Below, piece by piece: positions 1 through 9,800 of a stretch of 64,000 nucleotides of DNA (position 1 is its first letter; each line of letters opens with the position of its first letter). The stretch comes from a virus (Duplodnaviria > Caudoviricetes). A program made the translations under genes and the position numbers. The notes beneath the pieces were generated by a model, which was given only the letters and a program-made list of their open reading frames with translations, ran no database searches and had not been told where the DNA came from. The DNA is taken from positions 30,130-94,129 of the IMG/VR virus record IMGVR_UViG_3300020508_000005; one strand, given 5' to 3'.

Positions 1-2
1 GC

Positions 3-608
3 GATGAGATTAGTCTGGTTTGGCTCGCAGAAGAGTGGGAAACAAAAATTTTCTTTGGTGGGAAGCTACAAAAAATGGTTTCTGTTCTTGCTGCTTTGGC
101 TTCAAGTTTTTTTAACAAAAATTTGCCAAAGTATTTGCCAGAAAAGGCTGAAAGCTTTCCTGTGTTTGATTGCAGAGTTTTTCAAGTCCCTAACGAGAAA
201 GAAGCAGTGAACTGTTTTGTTTGGAGACAACAAGATGCGACAAGAAACTCTATTCAGATGGCAGCACGATGCTTTTATTCTGATAAAGAATGTTTCAAAA
301 AGAATTCTTCGGCCCTTCAAGAAATGTTGCACGCCAAAGGAGTGAATTGGAGTGGGTATCCTGAATTTTTCAAACGTGGCACCTTTGTGCGAAGAAAAGT
401 TTTGACTCGGGAATATAGTAAAGAAGAATTAGATTCTTTGCCGCCCAAACACCACGCTCGAACGAATCCCGAACTACAAATTAAACGCACTATTATTCAA
501 GAAGAATCTTTGTGTGCACTCACAAAGCTTCCTAATAAAGAAGCTGTTTTGCTGCATGGTGCCGAACCATGTCGATTACCTACAGATTTAAACTTGTATA
601 GTTCCTGA
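3..608 (+). CDS. Thg1-like tRNA(His) guanylyltransferase / 3'-5' polymerase, 5'-truncated by window edge
   Basis: Frame open from nt 3 (DEISLVW...FGGKLQKMVS); FDCRVF, WRQQDATRNS and GVNW..YP..FKRG are Thg1/TLP motifs. Confidence 0.9.
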   Translation, partial: DEISLVWLAEEWETKIFFGGKLQKMVSVLAALASSFFNKNLPKYLPEKAESFPVFDCRVFQVPNEKEAVNCFVWRQQDATRNSIQMAARCFYSDKECFKKNSSALQEMLHAKGVNWSGYPEFFKRGTFVRRKVLTREYSKEELDSLPPKHHARTNPELQIKRTIIQEESLCALTKLPNKEAVLLHGAEPCRLPTDLNLYSS

Positions 609-728
609 AGTTTTGGCATGTGTTTAAAACACTGTTGTCTATAAATCAAGAAATCAGAATAAGATGTTTACAGAATTTTTTGATTTCTTGTATTTTGAGT
701 TTTGTACCCTTTTTGGAAACAACACCTT

Positions 729-801
729 GCATCCTTAGCTCAATTGGTAGAGTGGTGAACTCTAAATTCACAGGTTGTGGGTTCGAGCCCCACAGGATGC
801 A
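729..801 (+). tRNA. Amber suppressor tRNA, anticodon CUA (762-764)
   Basis: Cloverleaf GCATCCT/AGGATGC, D arm GCTC..GAGT, anticodon stem GTGAA/TTCAC with loop CTCTAAA, T arm GTGGG-TTCGAGC-CCCAC; no encoded CCA. Confidence 0.88.
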
Positions 802-835
802 TTTTCATTTTAAGAAATTAGTTTAAAGGCACAAC

Positions 836-1999
836 ATGTCAATCATTCGTTCAATTCTTGACACCGATCTTTACAAGTTGACCATGCAAAAAGCGGTGCT
901 CGATTATCGGCAAAATGTTCCAGTGCGATATGTGTTCAACAATCGTCGTCCAGAAGGAAAGTTCAATAATAGTTTTGCTTCTGCTTTTGAAGCAGAACTA
1001 GATAAAATGAAAGATCTCACTATGAGTGATGATCAATGTAAATGGTTGCGTGAAACTTTGCCATGGATTGGAGAAGATTACATTCAGTATTTGAAAAATT
1101 ACCGTTTTGATCCAAATGAAGTGAACTGGGCCATCATTAACGGAGAACTTCAACTTAGTGTTGTTGGAACTTGGGAACGTACAATCCTATGGGAAGTGCC
1201 ATTAATGGCATTGATTTCAGAATTGTTTTTCAAGCATTGCGACCTATTATGGGACACCGAACTTAAAAAACAAGCGGAGAAAATAGAGGAAAAAGGCCGT
1301 ACTCTTGATGGCCATACTTTTACAGATTTTGGCACACGTCGCCGACGTGGTTATGAAATTCAAGATTTGGTTGTTGGAATATTGAAAAAGTTTTCAACAT
1401 TCAATGGCACCAGTAATGTACACTTAGCCCACAAACACAGCTTATCTCCTATAGGAACTATGGCTCATGAATGGATTATGGGCATATCGGCCTTAGAGGG
1501 CCTTCGTCACGCCAATAGTTCAGCCTTAAATATTTGGAGTCGAATATTTGGTGGGAGATTAGGAATAGCTCTCACAGACACTTTTGGTTCAGAAGCCTTT
1601 TTTAGGGATTTCAATCCAAAACTGGCACGTCTATATGATGGAGTAAGGCATGATTCAAGTGATCCATTTGAATTTGTTGAAAAAACAATAAGTGCATACC
1701 GCTCTCTTGGAATAGAACCAAACACGAAAAAGATTGTTTTTAGTGACTCTTTAAATCCACAAAAATGCTTGGATATTGCAGATTACTGTGCAGGAAGAAT
1801 CCAAGCAGTCTCTGGTATTGGAACCAATTTTACTAACGATTTTGCAGAATCACCCGCTTTAAATATGGTCATTAAGCTTGCTAGTTGTAACAATGTACCG
1901 GTTGTGAAATTAAGTGACTCACCAACTAAAGCGATTGGTGATCGTGATGCATTGCGTGTGGCACGTTGGACATTTTTCAATACTCCTTTAGATCAATAG
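836..1999 (+). CDS. pncB: Nicotinate phosphoribosyltransferase
   Basis: SILDTDLYKLTM, DFGTRRR, GTMAHEW, LTDTFG, GVRHDS, FSDSL, GIGT, KLSD motifs; ends in TAG. Confidence 0.95.
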   Translation: MSIIRSILDTDLYKLTMQKAVLDYRQNVPVRYVFNNRRPEGKFNNSFASAFEAELDKMKDLTMSDDQCKWLRETLPWIGEDYIQYLKNYRFDPNEVNWAIINGELQLSVVGTWERTILWEVPLMALISELFFKHCDLLWDTELKKQAEKIEEKGRTLDGHTFTDFGTRRRRGYEIQDLVVGILKKFSTFNGTSNVHLAHKHSLSPIGTMAHEWIMGISALEGLRHANSSALNIWSRIFGGRLGIALTDTFGSEAFFRDFNPKLARLYDGVRHDSSDPFEFVEKTISAYRSLGIEPNTKKIVFSDSLNPQKCLDIADYCAGRIQAVSGIGTNFTNDFAESPALNMVIKLASCNNVPVVKLSDSPTKAIGDRDALRVARWTFFNTPLDQ

Positions 2000-2008
2000 G
2001 CTACAATT

Positions 2009-4021
2009 ATGAATAATTTGGGATTTGTTAGGATTGCTGTTTGCTCTCCAAAAATATCGGTTGGAAACCCAAGGAATAATTATTCTCAAATCGCCTCTCT
2101 ATTAGATCAAAATGCAGATGCTGATATTGTAGTTTTTCCCGAATTATGCGTCACGGGATATACTTGTGGCGACTTGTTTCGACAAGAGTATTTGCTTCAA
2201 TCTGCCAAAGACATAATCCATGGAATTTCTGCTTATGCAACAAAGAAAAAACATCAATTGGTCTTTGTCGGTGCACCCTACGTTGTAAATAACGAACTTT
2301 TTAATTGTGCCTTCGCCATCAACAATGGAAAAGTAATTGGAATTGTTCCTAAGACTAACATTCCTAATTATTCTGAATTCTATGAAAGTCGTTGGTTTCG
2401 TTCAGCAACCGGAGACGAACCTAGCGAAGTTTCATTTACAGACTATAACTATAAAGTGCCTTTTGGCATTGATTTACTTTTTAAGTTTCGAGATCTGTCT
2501 GTGTTTGCAGAAATTTGCGAAGATCTTTGGATGCCAATCCCTCCTAGTAGTTTTGCGGCAATACATGGAGCTAATGTGTTAGTCAATCTGTCAGCTTCAA
2601 ATGAAACTGTTGGTAAAAACGAATATCGTGTTGATCTTGTGAAAAACCAGTCCGCAAGATGCATCGCAGCTTATGCCTACGCATCTGCTGGACCATCAGA
2701 ATCTACAAGTGATCTTGTTTTTGGTGGACACTGCATTGTTGCTGAGAATGGAAAAGTTCTTGCCCAAACTCAAAGAGTAGGAGAAAACAAACAATCATCA
2801 TTTGAAAATGGTTGGTACACGAGTGTTGATGTTGATATAGAGAAATTACAAAATGAACGCCGTACAATCACTAGTTTTGGAGATTCAACTCGCACAATCA
2901 ATAAAAAGTTCCGAAATGTAGAGTTTCTTTTGAAAATAGAAAGCTCTCATGATTCCTTGCCAACACTCAAAAGGCAAGTTGATGGCAATCCATTCGTACC
3001 TGAAAACGCTATAGAAAAAACCAAGCGTTGTGCTGAGGTTTTTGAAATCCAGTGTGCTGGATTGCATAAAAGATTAGAGGCTTTGAATTTTGGAAATATT
3101 TACATTGGTGTTTCGGGCGGGTTAGATTCCACTTTGGCACTACTCGTTGCAGCAAAAACTTATAAAATGGCCGGTGTTGATGTCGCAAAAATTCATGGAA
3201 TAACTTTGCCCGGTTTTGGCACCACTAGCAAAACCAAAAACAACGCTTTGGCTTTAATGTCAGCGTTGGGAATATCTCAAGAGACTATCGACATCCGTCC
3301 AATTTGCCTTGAAACCTTCAAAGCATTGAAACACAAATCATTTGGGGCGATTGATTATGACATCACTCTTGAAGAGTTTGAAAAAGCATTAAAGTTAGTG
3401 CCAAAGTCTCAGAGATATGATTTGGTTTTTGAAAATGTACAAGCCAGAGAAAGAACTAAGCTTTTAATGAGTCGCGGATTTGTTTTGGGAACAGGGGATC
3501 TGTCTGAAGCCGCCTTGGGTTGGTGCACTTACAATGGCGACCACATGAGCATGTATAATGTTAATTGTTCAGTGCCAAAAACTTTGGTGCGTTCAGTAGT
3601 TGATTTCGTAGCTAGAAGAGATAATAAAATGGACGATCTCTTCGCAGTGCTTACAGATATTCTTGACACAACAATTTCACCAGAGCTATTACCTCCTAAC
3701 GAGTCTGGTGAAATTGAACAGTCTACCGAAGATGTGCTTGGTCCATATGAATTGCACGATTTTTATCTTGCAAACTTTGTAAAGAATGGATTTTCTCCTG
3801 AAAAGATTTTGTACCTTTCTGAATATGCAAAATTTTCTAAGACATATTCAACAGATGTGCGTGAAAAAACGTTGAAAACATTTTTAAGCCGGTTTTTTAG
3901 TCAACAATATAAACGAAATTGTGTGCCCGATGGGCCTAAAGTTGGTTCTGTGAGCTTATCTCCTCGTGGAGATTGGCGAATGCCTTCTGATGCCGATCCT
4001 AGCATGTGGTTCAAGCAATGA
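2009..4021 (+). CDS. nadE: Glutamine-dependent NAD+ synthetase
   Basis: Nitrilase domain (VFPEL, PNYSEFYE, EICEDLW) plus synthetase domain (GVSGGLDST, ENVQARER, GTGDLSE, SPRGDWRMPSD). Confidence 0.96.
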   Translation: MNNLGFVRIAVCSPKISVGNPRNNYSQIASLLDQNADADIVVFPELCVTGYTCGDLFRQEYLLQSAKDIIHGISAYATKKKHQLVFVGAPYVVNNELFNCAFAINNGKVIGIVPKTNIPNYSEFYESRWFRSATGDEPSEVSFTDYNYKVPFGIDLLFKFRDLSVFAEICEDLWMPIPPSSFAAIHGANVLVNLSASNETVGKNEYRVDLVKNQSARCIAAYAYASAGPSESTSDLVFGGHCIVAENGKVLAQTQRVGENKQSSFENGWYTSVDVDIEKLQNERRTITSFGDSTRTINKKFRNVEFLLKIESSHDSLPTLKRQVDGNPFVPENAIEKTKRCAEVFEIQCAGLHKRLEALNFGNIYIGVSGGLDSTLALLVAAKTYKMAGVDVAKIHGITLPGFGTTSKTKNNALALMSALGISQETIDIRPICLETFKALKHKSFGAIDYDITLEEFEKALKLVPKSQRYDLVFENVQARERTKLLMSRGFVLGTGDLSEAALGWCTYNGDHMSMYNVNCSVPKTLVRSVVDFVARRDNKMDDLFAVLTDILDTTISPELLPPNESGEIEQSTEDVLGPYELHDFYLANFVKNGFSPEKILYLSEYAKFSKTYSTDVREKTLKTFLSRFFSQQYKRNCVPDGPKVGSVSLSPRGDWRMPSDADPSMWFKQ

Positions 4022-4602
4022 GAAAAGTAGCTTTATTTGGCGGAGCATTCGACCCTGTTACTTTGGCACATCAAATGGTATGCCAAAAAATACACGAAGA
4101 AACTGGATGTGAAATATGGCTACTTCCATGTTGGGAACATAAGTTTGGAAAGCAACCTACTCCAGCCTATCATAGATGGGCTATGCTTTCCTTGATGTGC
4201 ATAAATAACCCTTATATCAATCTTTGTTCGTGGGAAATTGATGCACAACACACTGGATCGATGTATGAAACTATTCATGGAGTAAAATGCTCGTTCCCAG
4301 ACGTTGCGTTTCATTTAGTAATTGGAATGGATAACGCAAATGTCATTAAAGAAAAATGGGATCGTGGTGATCAGTTGGTTTCACAAAATCCATTTTTAGT
4401 AGTTACACGAAAAAACGAAAATTCAACCACTAATTGGTATAACGAGCCTCCCCACAGACTTTTAGAAGTTGACAGTGGTATAAGCTCAACTATAATACGT
4501 GACGCTGTGGCGAATCAAAAATTTGATGATGCTGCAAAAATGGTCACGAAAAATGTTTGGGATTACATCGTTAAAAATTCTTTATATGGATTGAAAAAAT
4601 GA
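4018..4602 (+). CDS. nadD: Nicotinate-nucleotide adenylyltransferase
   Basis: GGAFDPVTLAH (HIGH-type), VIGMDN, ISSTIIR; ATGA overlap with nadE stop. Confidence 0.88.
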   Translation: MRKVALFGGAFDPVTLAHQMVCQKIHEETGCEIWLLPCWEHKFGKQPTPAYHRWAMLSLMCINNPYINLCSWEIDAQHTGSMYETIHGVKCSFPDVAFHLVIGMDNANVIKEKWDRGDQLVSQNPFLVVTRKNENSTTNWYNEPPHRLLEVDSGISSTIIRDAVANQKFDDAAKMVTKNVWDYIVKNSLYGLKK

Positions 4603-4877
4603 AACATCTACTTGGATCATCCCGCAACATACGTCTTGCAGTAAATGATCAAAAAGATAAAATAATTGTCGAACCAGAAATTGAATGCATTCTTGCTTTG
4701 ATCGAAAACAATTTTGAATTTGAAGCAACAGATGTTAAATCTGTTCCTAAAATATCTTCATTTCGTTTCGGTCTTGATTTGGAAGGTGCAAAGCACCTAC
4801 GAGATTCGCTTGATACTTGGATTGAAGAAGCCGAGTCTTTAAATGGCCGACAATTAGAATTTAAAATTGAAGAGTGA
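4599..4877 (+). CDS. Hypothetical protein, translationally coupled to nadD
   Basis: ATGA overlap, 92 aa ORF. Confidence 0.6.
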   Translation: MKHLLGSSRNIRLAVNDQKDKIIVEPEIECILALIENNFEFEATDVKSVPKISSFRFGLDLEGAKHLRDSLDTWIEEAESLNGRQLEFKIEE

Positions 4878-5315
4878 TTCAAGATCTTTTAGAATCGACC
4901 ACTCATTAAAATGAGATATTTTTTTCCGTATCTTGCTGAGATACTTAGATAAATTTTCTTTGAGTTTTGGGTGTAAATTTAAAGATTTCAAATCTTTGAA
5001 GTTCACCCATTTTGCGTCTGTGTGCTCGTGATTAAGTTTTACTGTAAACTGCTTGTCAATTTGATACAAAAATGCAGTATAGGGCTTCGTTGTCTGGTCG
5101 TTTGTTACTGAATCAAAATTTTCACCCGGCACTTTTTCCAAACCAGTTTCTTCCATCGTTTCTCTAATTGCAGTTTCTAAATCACTTTCTCCTGATTTAG
5201 ATTTTCCTCCGGGCAAGCCCCAAGTGTTCGCATTCTTTCCTTCCGAACGCAACAAAAGAAGAATTGACTGTCCATCCGTGAATAATATTCCTGCTGCTTT
5301 TTTTATCTTGCCCAT
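4854..5315 (-). CDS. NUDIX hydrolase
   Basis: Nudix box GGKSKSGESDLETAIRETMEETGL; LNHEHTDAKW; LHP. Confidence 0.9.
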   Translation of the reverse strand: MGKIKKAAGILFTDGQSILLLLRSEGKNANTWGLPGGKSKSGESDLETAIRETMEETGLEKVPGENFDSVTNDQTTKPYTAFLYQIDKQFTVKLNHEHTDAKWVNFKDLKSLNLHPKLKENLSKYLSKIRKKISHFNEWSILKDLESLFNFKF

Positions 5316-5779
5316 TACTTGGGGCCTCTCTTCATTGGAACTTTTTTTAGCTTTTCAATATGCCGATCAGGTTTATCTTTGAGGCTATGCATCGTGTTAC
5401 GAACTTGAGATACTATTTCAGAGGCGGTTTCAGCATCACATTCTTTACTGTCTTGGACGGAGACCGTTTTTCTGTCTTTGTTATAAAACCCCTTAGATAT
5501 AACATAGCATTTTTGCTTAGAATTCCAAGAGACAACACATACCCACTCCCCATTATCCCAATGACGGGAAGAGATTAATATTCTAAAGGGTTCTTGCTCA
5601 AAAACTTGCTTTACATGGAAGTCTTGTTTTTTCAAAGCAGCAGAAGCAAATCCTAGGGTGATTTTAGCGGCATTTTTCAAAACTTCATCAGTGCTTGTAC
5701 GGAAATTAACCTCTACACTGTAGCGTGTATCGGATTCGTTCAAGCTTTCTTGTTTAAGCCAACCTATAAATGTATGCAT
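5315..5779 (-). CDS. Hypothetical protein, possibly virion-internal
   Basis: Start MHTFIGWLKQESLNES after GAGG; capsid-targeting-like N-terminus. Confidence 0.6.
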   Translation of the reverse strand: MHTFIGWLKQESLNESDTRYSVEVNFRTSTDEVLKNAAKITLGFASAALKKQDFHVKQVFEQEPFRILISSRHWDNGEWVCVVSWNSKQKCYVISKGFYNKDRKTVSVQDSKECDAETASEIVSQVRNTMHSLKDKPDRHIEKLKKVPMKRGPK

Positions 5780-5817
5780 CTTTACTTTCCTCTTCATATT
5801 TAGTCTATTGAAAAGAA

Positions 5818-5843
5818 AAAAGACCACGTTTGAGTGGTCTTTT
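5818..5843 (-). terminator. Intrinsic terminator after neck gene
   Basis: AAAAGACCAC-GTTTGA-GTGGTCTTTT inverted repeat with A/T tracts. Confidence 0.6.
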
Positions 5844-5866
5844 GATTTAATGAAATTGCCTGAGGA

Positions 5867-6784
5867 TTAATCGAGGGTAATTGGGAGTATGTCACCGAAC
5901 TTATAAATAAGTTCTTCTTGCCATTTTTCTTTTAACTCCCAACCTTTTGATTTCATGTATTCCCCATCAAGAGCCATGCCTCCACCCGGTCCCGGTGGTT
6001 GCTGATATTTTCCTCTAATATGGCCAAGCATGATCATGGCATGTGCCAAAGCACCTTCTTGCATAGCTTGGTTTACCTCTTTCCAATCTTTGCATTTTTG
6101 CATGTAATGAACAATTACCTTTTGGGCTCTACATGGAATTGGATAAAGTTTTATGTAGCCGGGATCTGAAACCCATTCCCATCCGCCTATATTGCTTGAA
6201 ATTTTACTGAACATTTGTTCGTACTGCTTGTATAAAACCCACTCACCAGCACGACCCCAAATTGGCTGAATTGGGTTTAGCATGCCGCCCATGGCTCCTT
6301 CTCCTCCACCGGGATAAAAGTACTCCAAAGGAATGGCACCACCTAGATCTGATGCTTGAAATCCCATTTGCCCGTTTTCTTTATAAAACACGTTTCTAAT
6401 AAGGCCAACATCATCAGGCATTTTATAGACGCTTTTTCCGGGACTAGTAAAAAATGTGTAATAGTCGAAGAATTCACGGCCTGCGTATTCTTCAAATACT
6501 TTCATAGACTGATCAACCGCCAAATCTAATTGCTGTTGATCTAACTCTACTTTCACTACTGGGGCACCCAGCATTAAAAGCACATAATCTTTCAAATCCT
6601 CACGAACTTTTTCACGAGTTTTACGAGGTGAAAGTTTCCTGTCATGTGGGCCAACAGGTGAATTACAAGCAGGAGTGCCGCAACCACCCATAGATGTTTT
6701 GCTGCCACCTGACCCACAAAGTTGATCGTATTGTTGTTTTGAGGGACGACCAATTACTAAAGTATTAGATCCAGAACATGTCAT
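5867..6784 (-). CDS. Neck / head-tail adaptor protein, T4 gp13-like
   Basis: LLMLGAPVVKVELDQQQLD..VD and LGHIRGKY..PGPGGGMALDG, typical of gp13 homologs. Confidence 0.8.
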   Translation of the reverse strand: MTCSGSNTLVIGRPSKQQYDQLCGSGGSKTSMGGCGTPACNSPVGPHDRKLSPRKTREKVREDLKDYVLLMLGAPVVKVELDQQQLDLAVDQSMKVFEEYAGREFFDYYTFFTSPGKSVYKMPDDVGLIRNVFYKENGQMGFQASDLGGAIPLEYFYPGGGEGAMGGMLNPIQPIWGRAGEWVLYKQYEQMFSKISSNIGGWEWVSDPGYIKLYPIPCRAQKVIVHYMQKCKDWKEVNQAMQEGALAHAMIMLGHIRGKYQQPPGPGGGMALDGEYMKSKGWELKEKWQEELIYKFGDILPITLD

Positions 6785-6825
6785 AGTATCATATATAGGG
6801 ATAGTAAGAATAGTTTGAGGTAAAA

Positions 6826-9800
6826 GTGAACAAGAGTTTCTTAGACTACATGAATAACAAACAAAAATATAACCTTTCAGAAAGTGCTCCGACTGGCATT
6901 TCACATTCTGAGCTTAAAATGCCATTAAATTTTCCTCCTCTTAGTAATTTTCTTATGGCAATTGCTGGATCGGAAGCGGTAAAAGGTCGAGTTCTTAACT
7001 GGGTATTTTCTGAAGGCTTAATGGAAGCCAGCAAGAATCGTGAAGTCCTTTATCAAATGGTTCTGAAAGTTATGGAGCCAATTACAAAACCCAACAACAC
7101 AACCAATGTTGTTACGACGCCAAATGTGCCCTTTAAAAAAGCAGTCAATGAAATGGCTTTCAAGCCAGAGGACATAGTTGGTCCAGATTATGATGATTCC
7201 GAGGAAATCAAATCTGTAGATCTTTTTTCTCCACAAGCTTGGGCAAGATCTAATTATTTGAAAAGAGCCGATCAAATTTTTCGAAGAACGCATGGCTTGG
7301 GGATTTTAGCTTACTACGAAAAGAACCTTGAACCCAAAACTATGACGATTGATATTGACGACCAAAAAGGAACAAGAGTAATTTTTGACTTGCCAACTAT
7401 TAGACAAAAAGTTCAAGCTAAAAAACTAACACCATTTTATTTTGGAAGCAGACTTAATGAGTCTACTGGAGAAATAAAAATTGGATACATGCAATTTGTT
7501 GAAAAAGGCGACTGGCTACCAAGCATTCATCCAAGAGCTTTGATAAATTCAAATGATCAAAATGGCCCCAGTCTAGAGCCACTAACAACCATTGATCCAG
7601 ACACTAAAAAAATAGACACCTCTAGATCAGTAGAAGTTCGAAATAATAAACTTCAATACAACTTTCAGGGCGGAGGATTCATTCCTAGCAAAGAAAGAGC
7701 CGATGAGCAAATTCGTAATATGCGTTTTTATTTCATTAAGGCAGCATCAAAAGATCCAAGTATTCCTGAAGAAGATAAAGCATATATCAACAGTATTGCT
7801 GAATTTATCAGCCAATTACAACAAACAGAAGTGCCCCTAAAAGGAAAAGGAAAAGCTGCTGGCAAAGCTGGAATGGACAATATGAGATCGGGAGTTGAAG
7901 ATAGACCTTTACCTAATGATGTTGATACATTCAAAAATCTGATTGCCAAAGGGTTGCAACAACCTTTAAGAGGGTTTGATGAAGCGTCATTCATCAATAT
8001 CGATGGAATTGGTAGGAATATAGAAAATGCAAGTGAAGCACAAGCTATTAACCCTGATGAAGGTTGGTGGATGAGAGATCCCATAAAAAAAGGCAAAGTA
8101 ATTATTAAATTTAGCAAACTTCATCGAGAAGCAATTTTTAATAAAATTTTTGAACGTGAAGCAGATGGGATTTACACAGGTAGACTTCGATATAACACTG
8201 TCAAAGGTCTACAATATGAATCCTCAAATGGAGTGCAAAACATATTTAATCCTAATTCCAAGTTAAACGTATCAGCAATTGTAAATAGAGCATTTGATAA
8301 AGATTTTAAGCTTAAAAAAGATTTAAGCATGACTGTTTTTCGATTACCAACTGCTGCGGATTATAAAAAAATTGGAAAAGTGCAGCCTCAAAGTGAGGCA
8401 GATTGGCCTCAATTAGGTCGTCCTAAAAAATTAGGGCAAGTTAAAAAAGAATTGAAAGGATTTACTCCTTTTATGCCTGAGGCTAATGAAATTATCGAAA
8501 AACTTTGGGATATGGGATTTAAGTGGGAGGCATCGAAGAAAGGCCAAAATGAAAATCCTTTAATTCCAACAGACGGATATGAACCTTCTTATGCTTTTAT
8601 TAAAAACCCTGCTGGAATAAGAATTAAAATTGCCAAAGAGGGAGAGCTTTGGTTTGCTTATTTTCCATCTGATTTTGCTACTGATGAAGAGGTGGCCTTG
8701 AAAGGTCACGGGGTCGATGTAAATGCTCCTCTGCTTGGGGCAAAAGGATCTGTCTTCAAAAGTTCTAGGGCAGGACATATTGAAGCTATGGCTGTTGGTC
8801 CTAAAGCATGGAAAGTTATTGAGCAAGAACTTCTTAAGGGGCCAAATGGCAAATTAGGCGAATGGGAAGACTGGAGTAAAACACCAGAAACAGATGGGCC
8901 TGTATATGATAGCATTTGGAATATTCCAAGTGTTGTAAGAGGTGTTCAGCAAGCAAAAGCTTGGTTTAACAAGATCTATGGCAAAACAGACGCTATGAAG
9001 GAATGGTTTCGTACAAGTAATATAGCTCAAGCCTTGGGCGGAACAACAAGCAGCGAAGCAAAGCCTGCTGATCACTTTGATCAAACTGAATTGCAACAAT
9101 GGGCTGTAGAGTCGTTAAAATTACATTCAAATGACCCTGCATTTCAATTAGGGTGGACTACTCAAGCACAATGGGAAGCAAACACTAGTACAAAAAATAC
9201 GCTTGACGATTATCTACAAACACAATTTGAAAAGAGTCTTTTTGGTGGAAATAAAAAAGCATATGGCATCAGAGCACTTTTGATGAAGACTGATGCTTAT
9301 GGCGATATTGCAAAAGACAACAATGAATTGCAACAAGTAATTGATCAAAGAATTGAAGAAAAAATTAAGCAAGCAAGAATCAATCAAAACATCGAAAGCT
9401 TTTTCATTTTACCAGTTTTTGATGAAAGAGATGATCAAGGCAATAGAGCAACACCAGAAATTTACCAAGCTTATGCGTTAAATGCTTTAGAGTTTCGAAA
9501 GAGAAAAGTTGCAACATTTGTTGCAGACAAAATGGGAGAGAAATTACGCAACAACGAAAATAAAGCTACAGTTCCGATGCCTCAAGGAAAAACCAAAGAA
9601 GGTGAGAGTACACAAGTTGATTTTGCGGATAAAGGATATTTGGATATGAGAGGCGAATACGAGCCTGAGGATATATCTCACATTCAAAAACTTGATGACC
9701 TATATGCCAAATTAGGGATTTCTCCTCAAGACATAATTTCTAGTCCAACTAAGGTCGTAAATAAAATTTCACAAGCCGTCCGAGGAGGACAACAAACTGC

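Noticed and set aside
729-801. tRNA-Pyl or tRNA-Arg(TCT)
   Set aside because: The canonical D-loop GG, TTCGA loop and 5-bp anticodon stem are unlike tRNA-Pyl; the 7-nt loop register centres CTA, not TCT.
620-826. 68-aa ORF over the suppressor tRNA
   Set aside because: Overlaps a clean cloverleaf; no RBS or recognisable motif.
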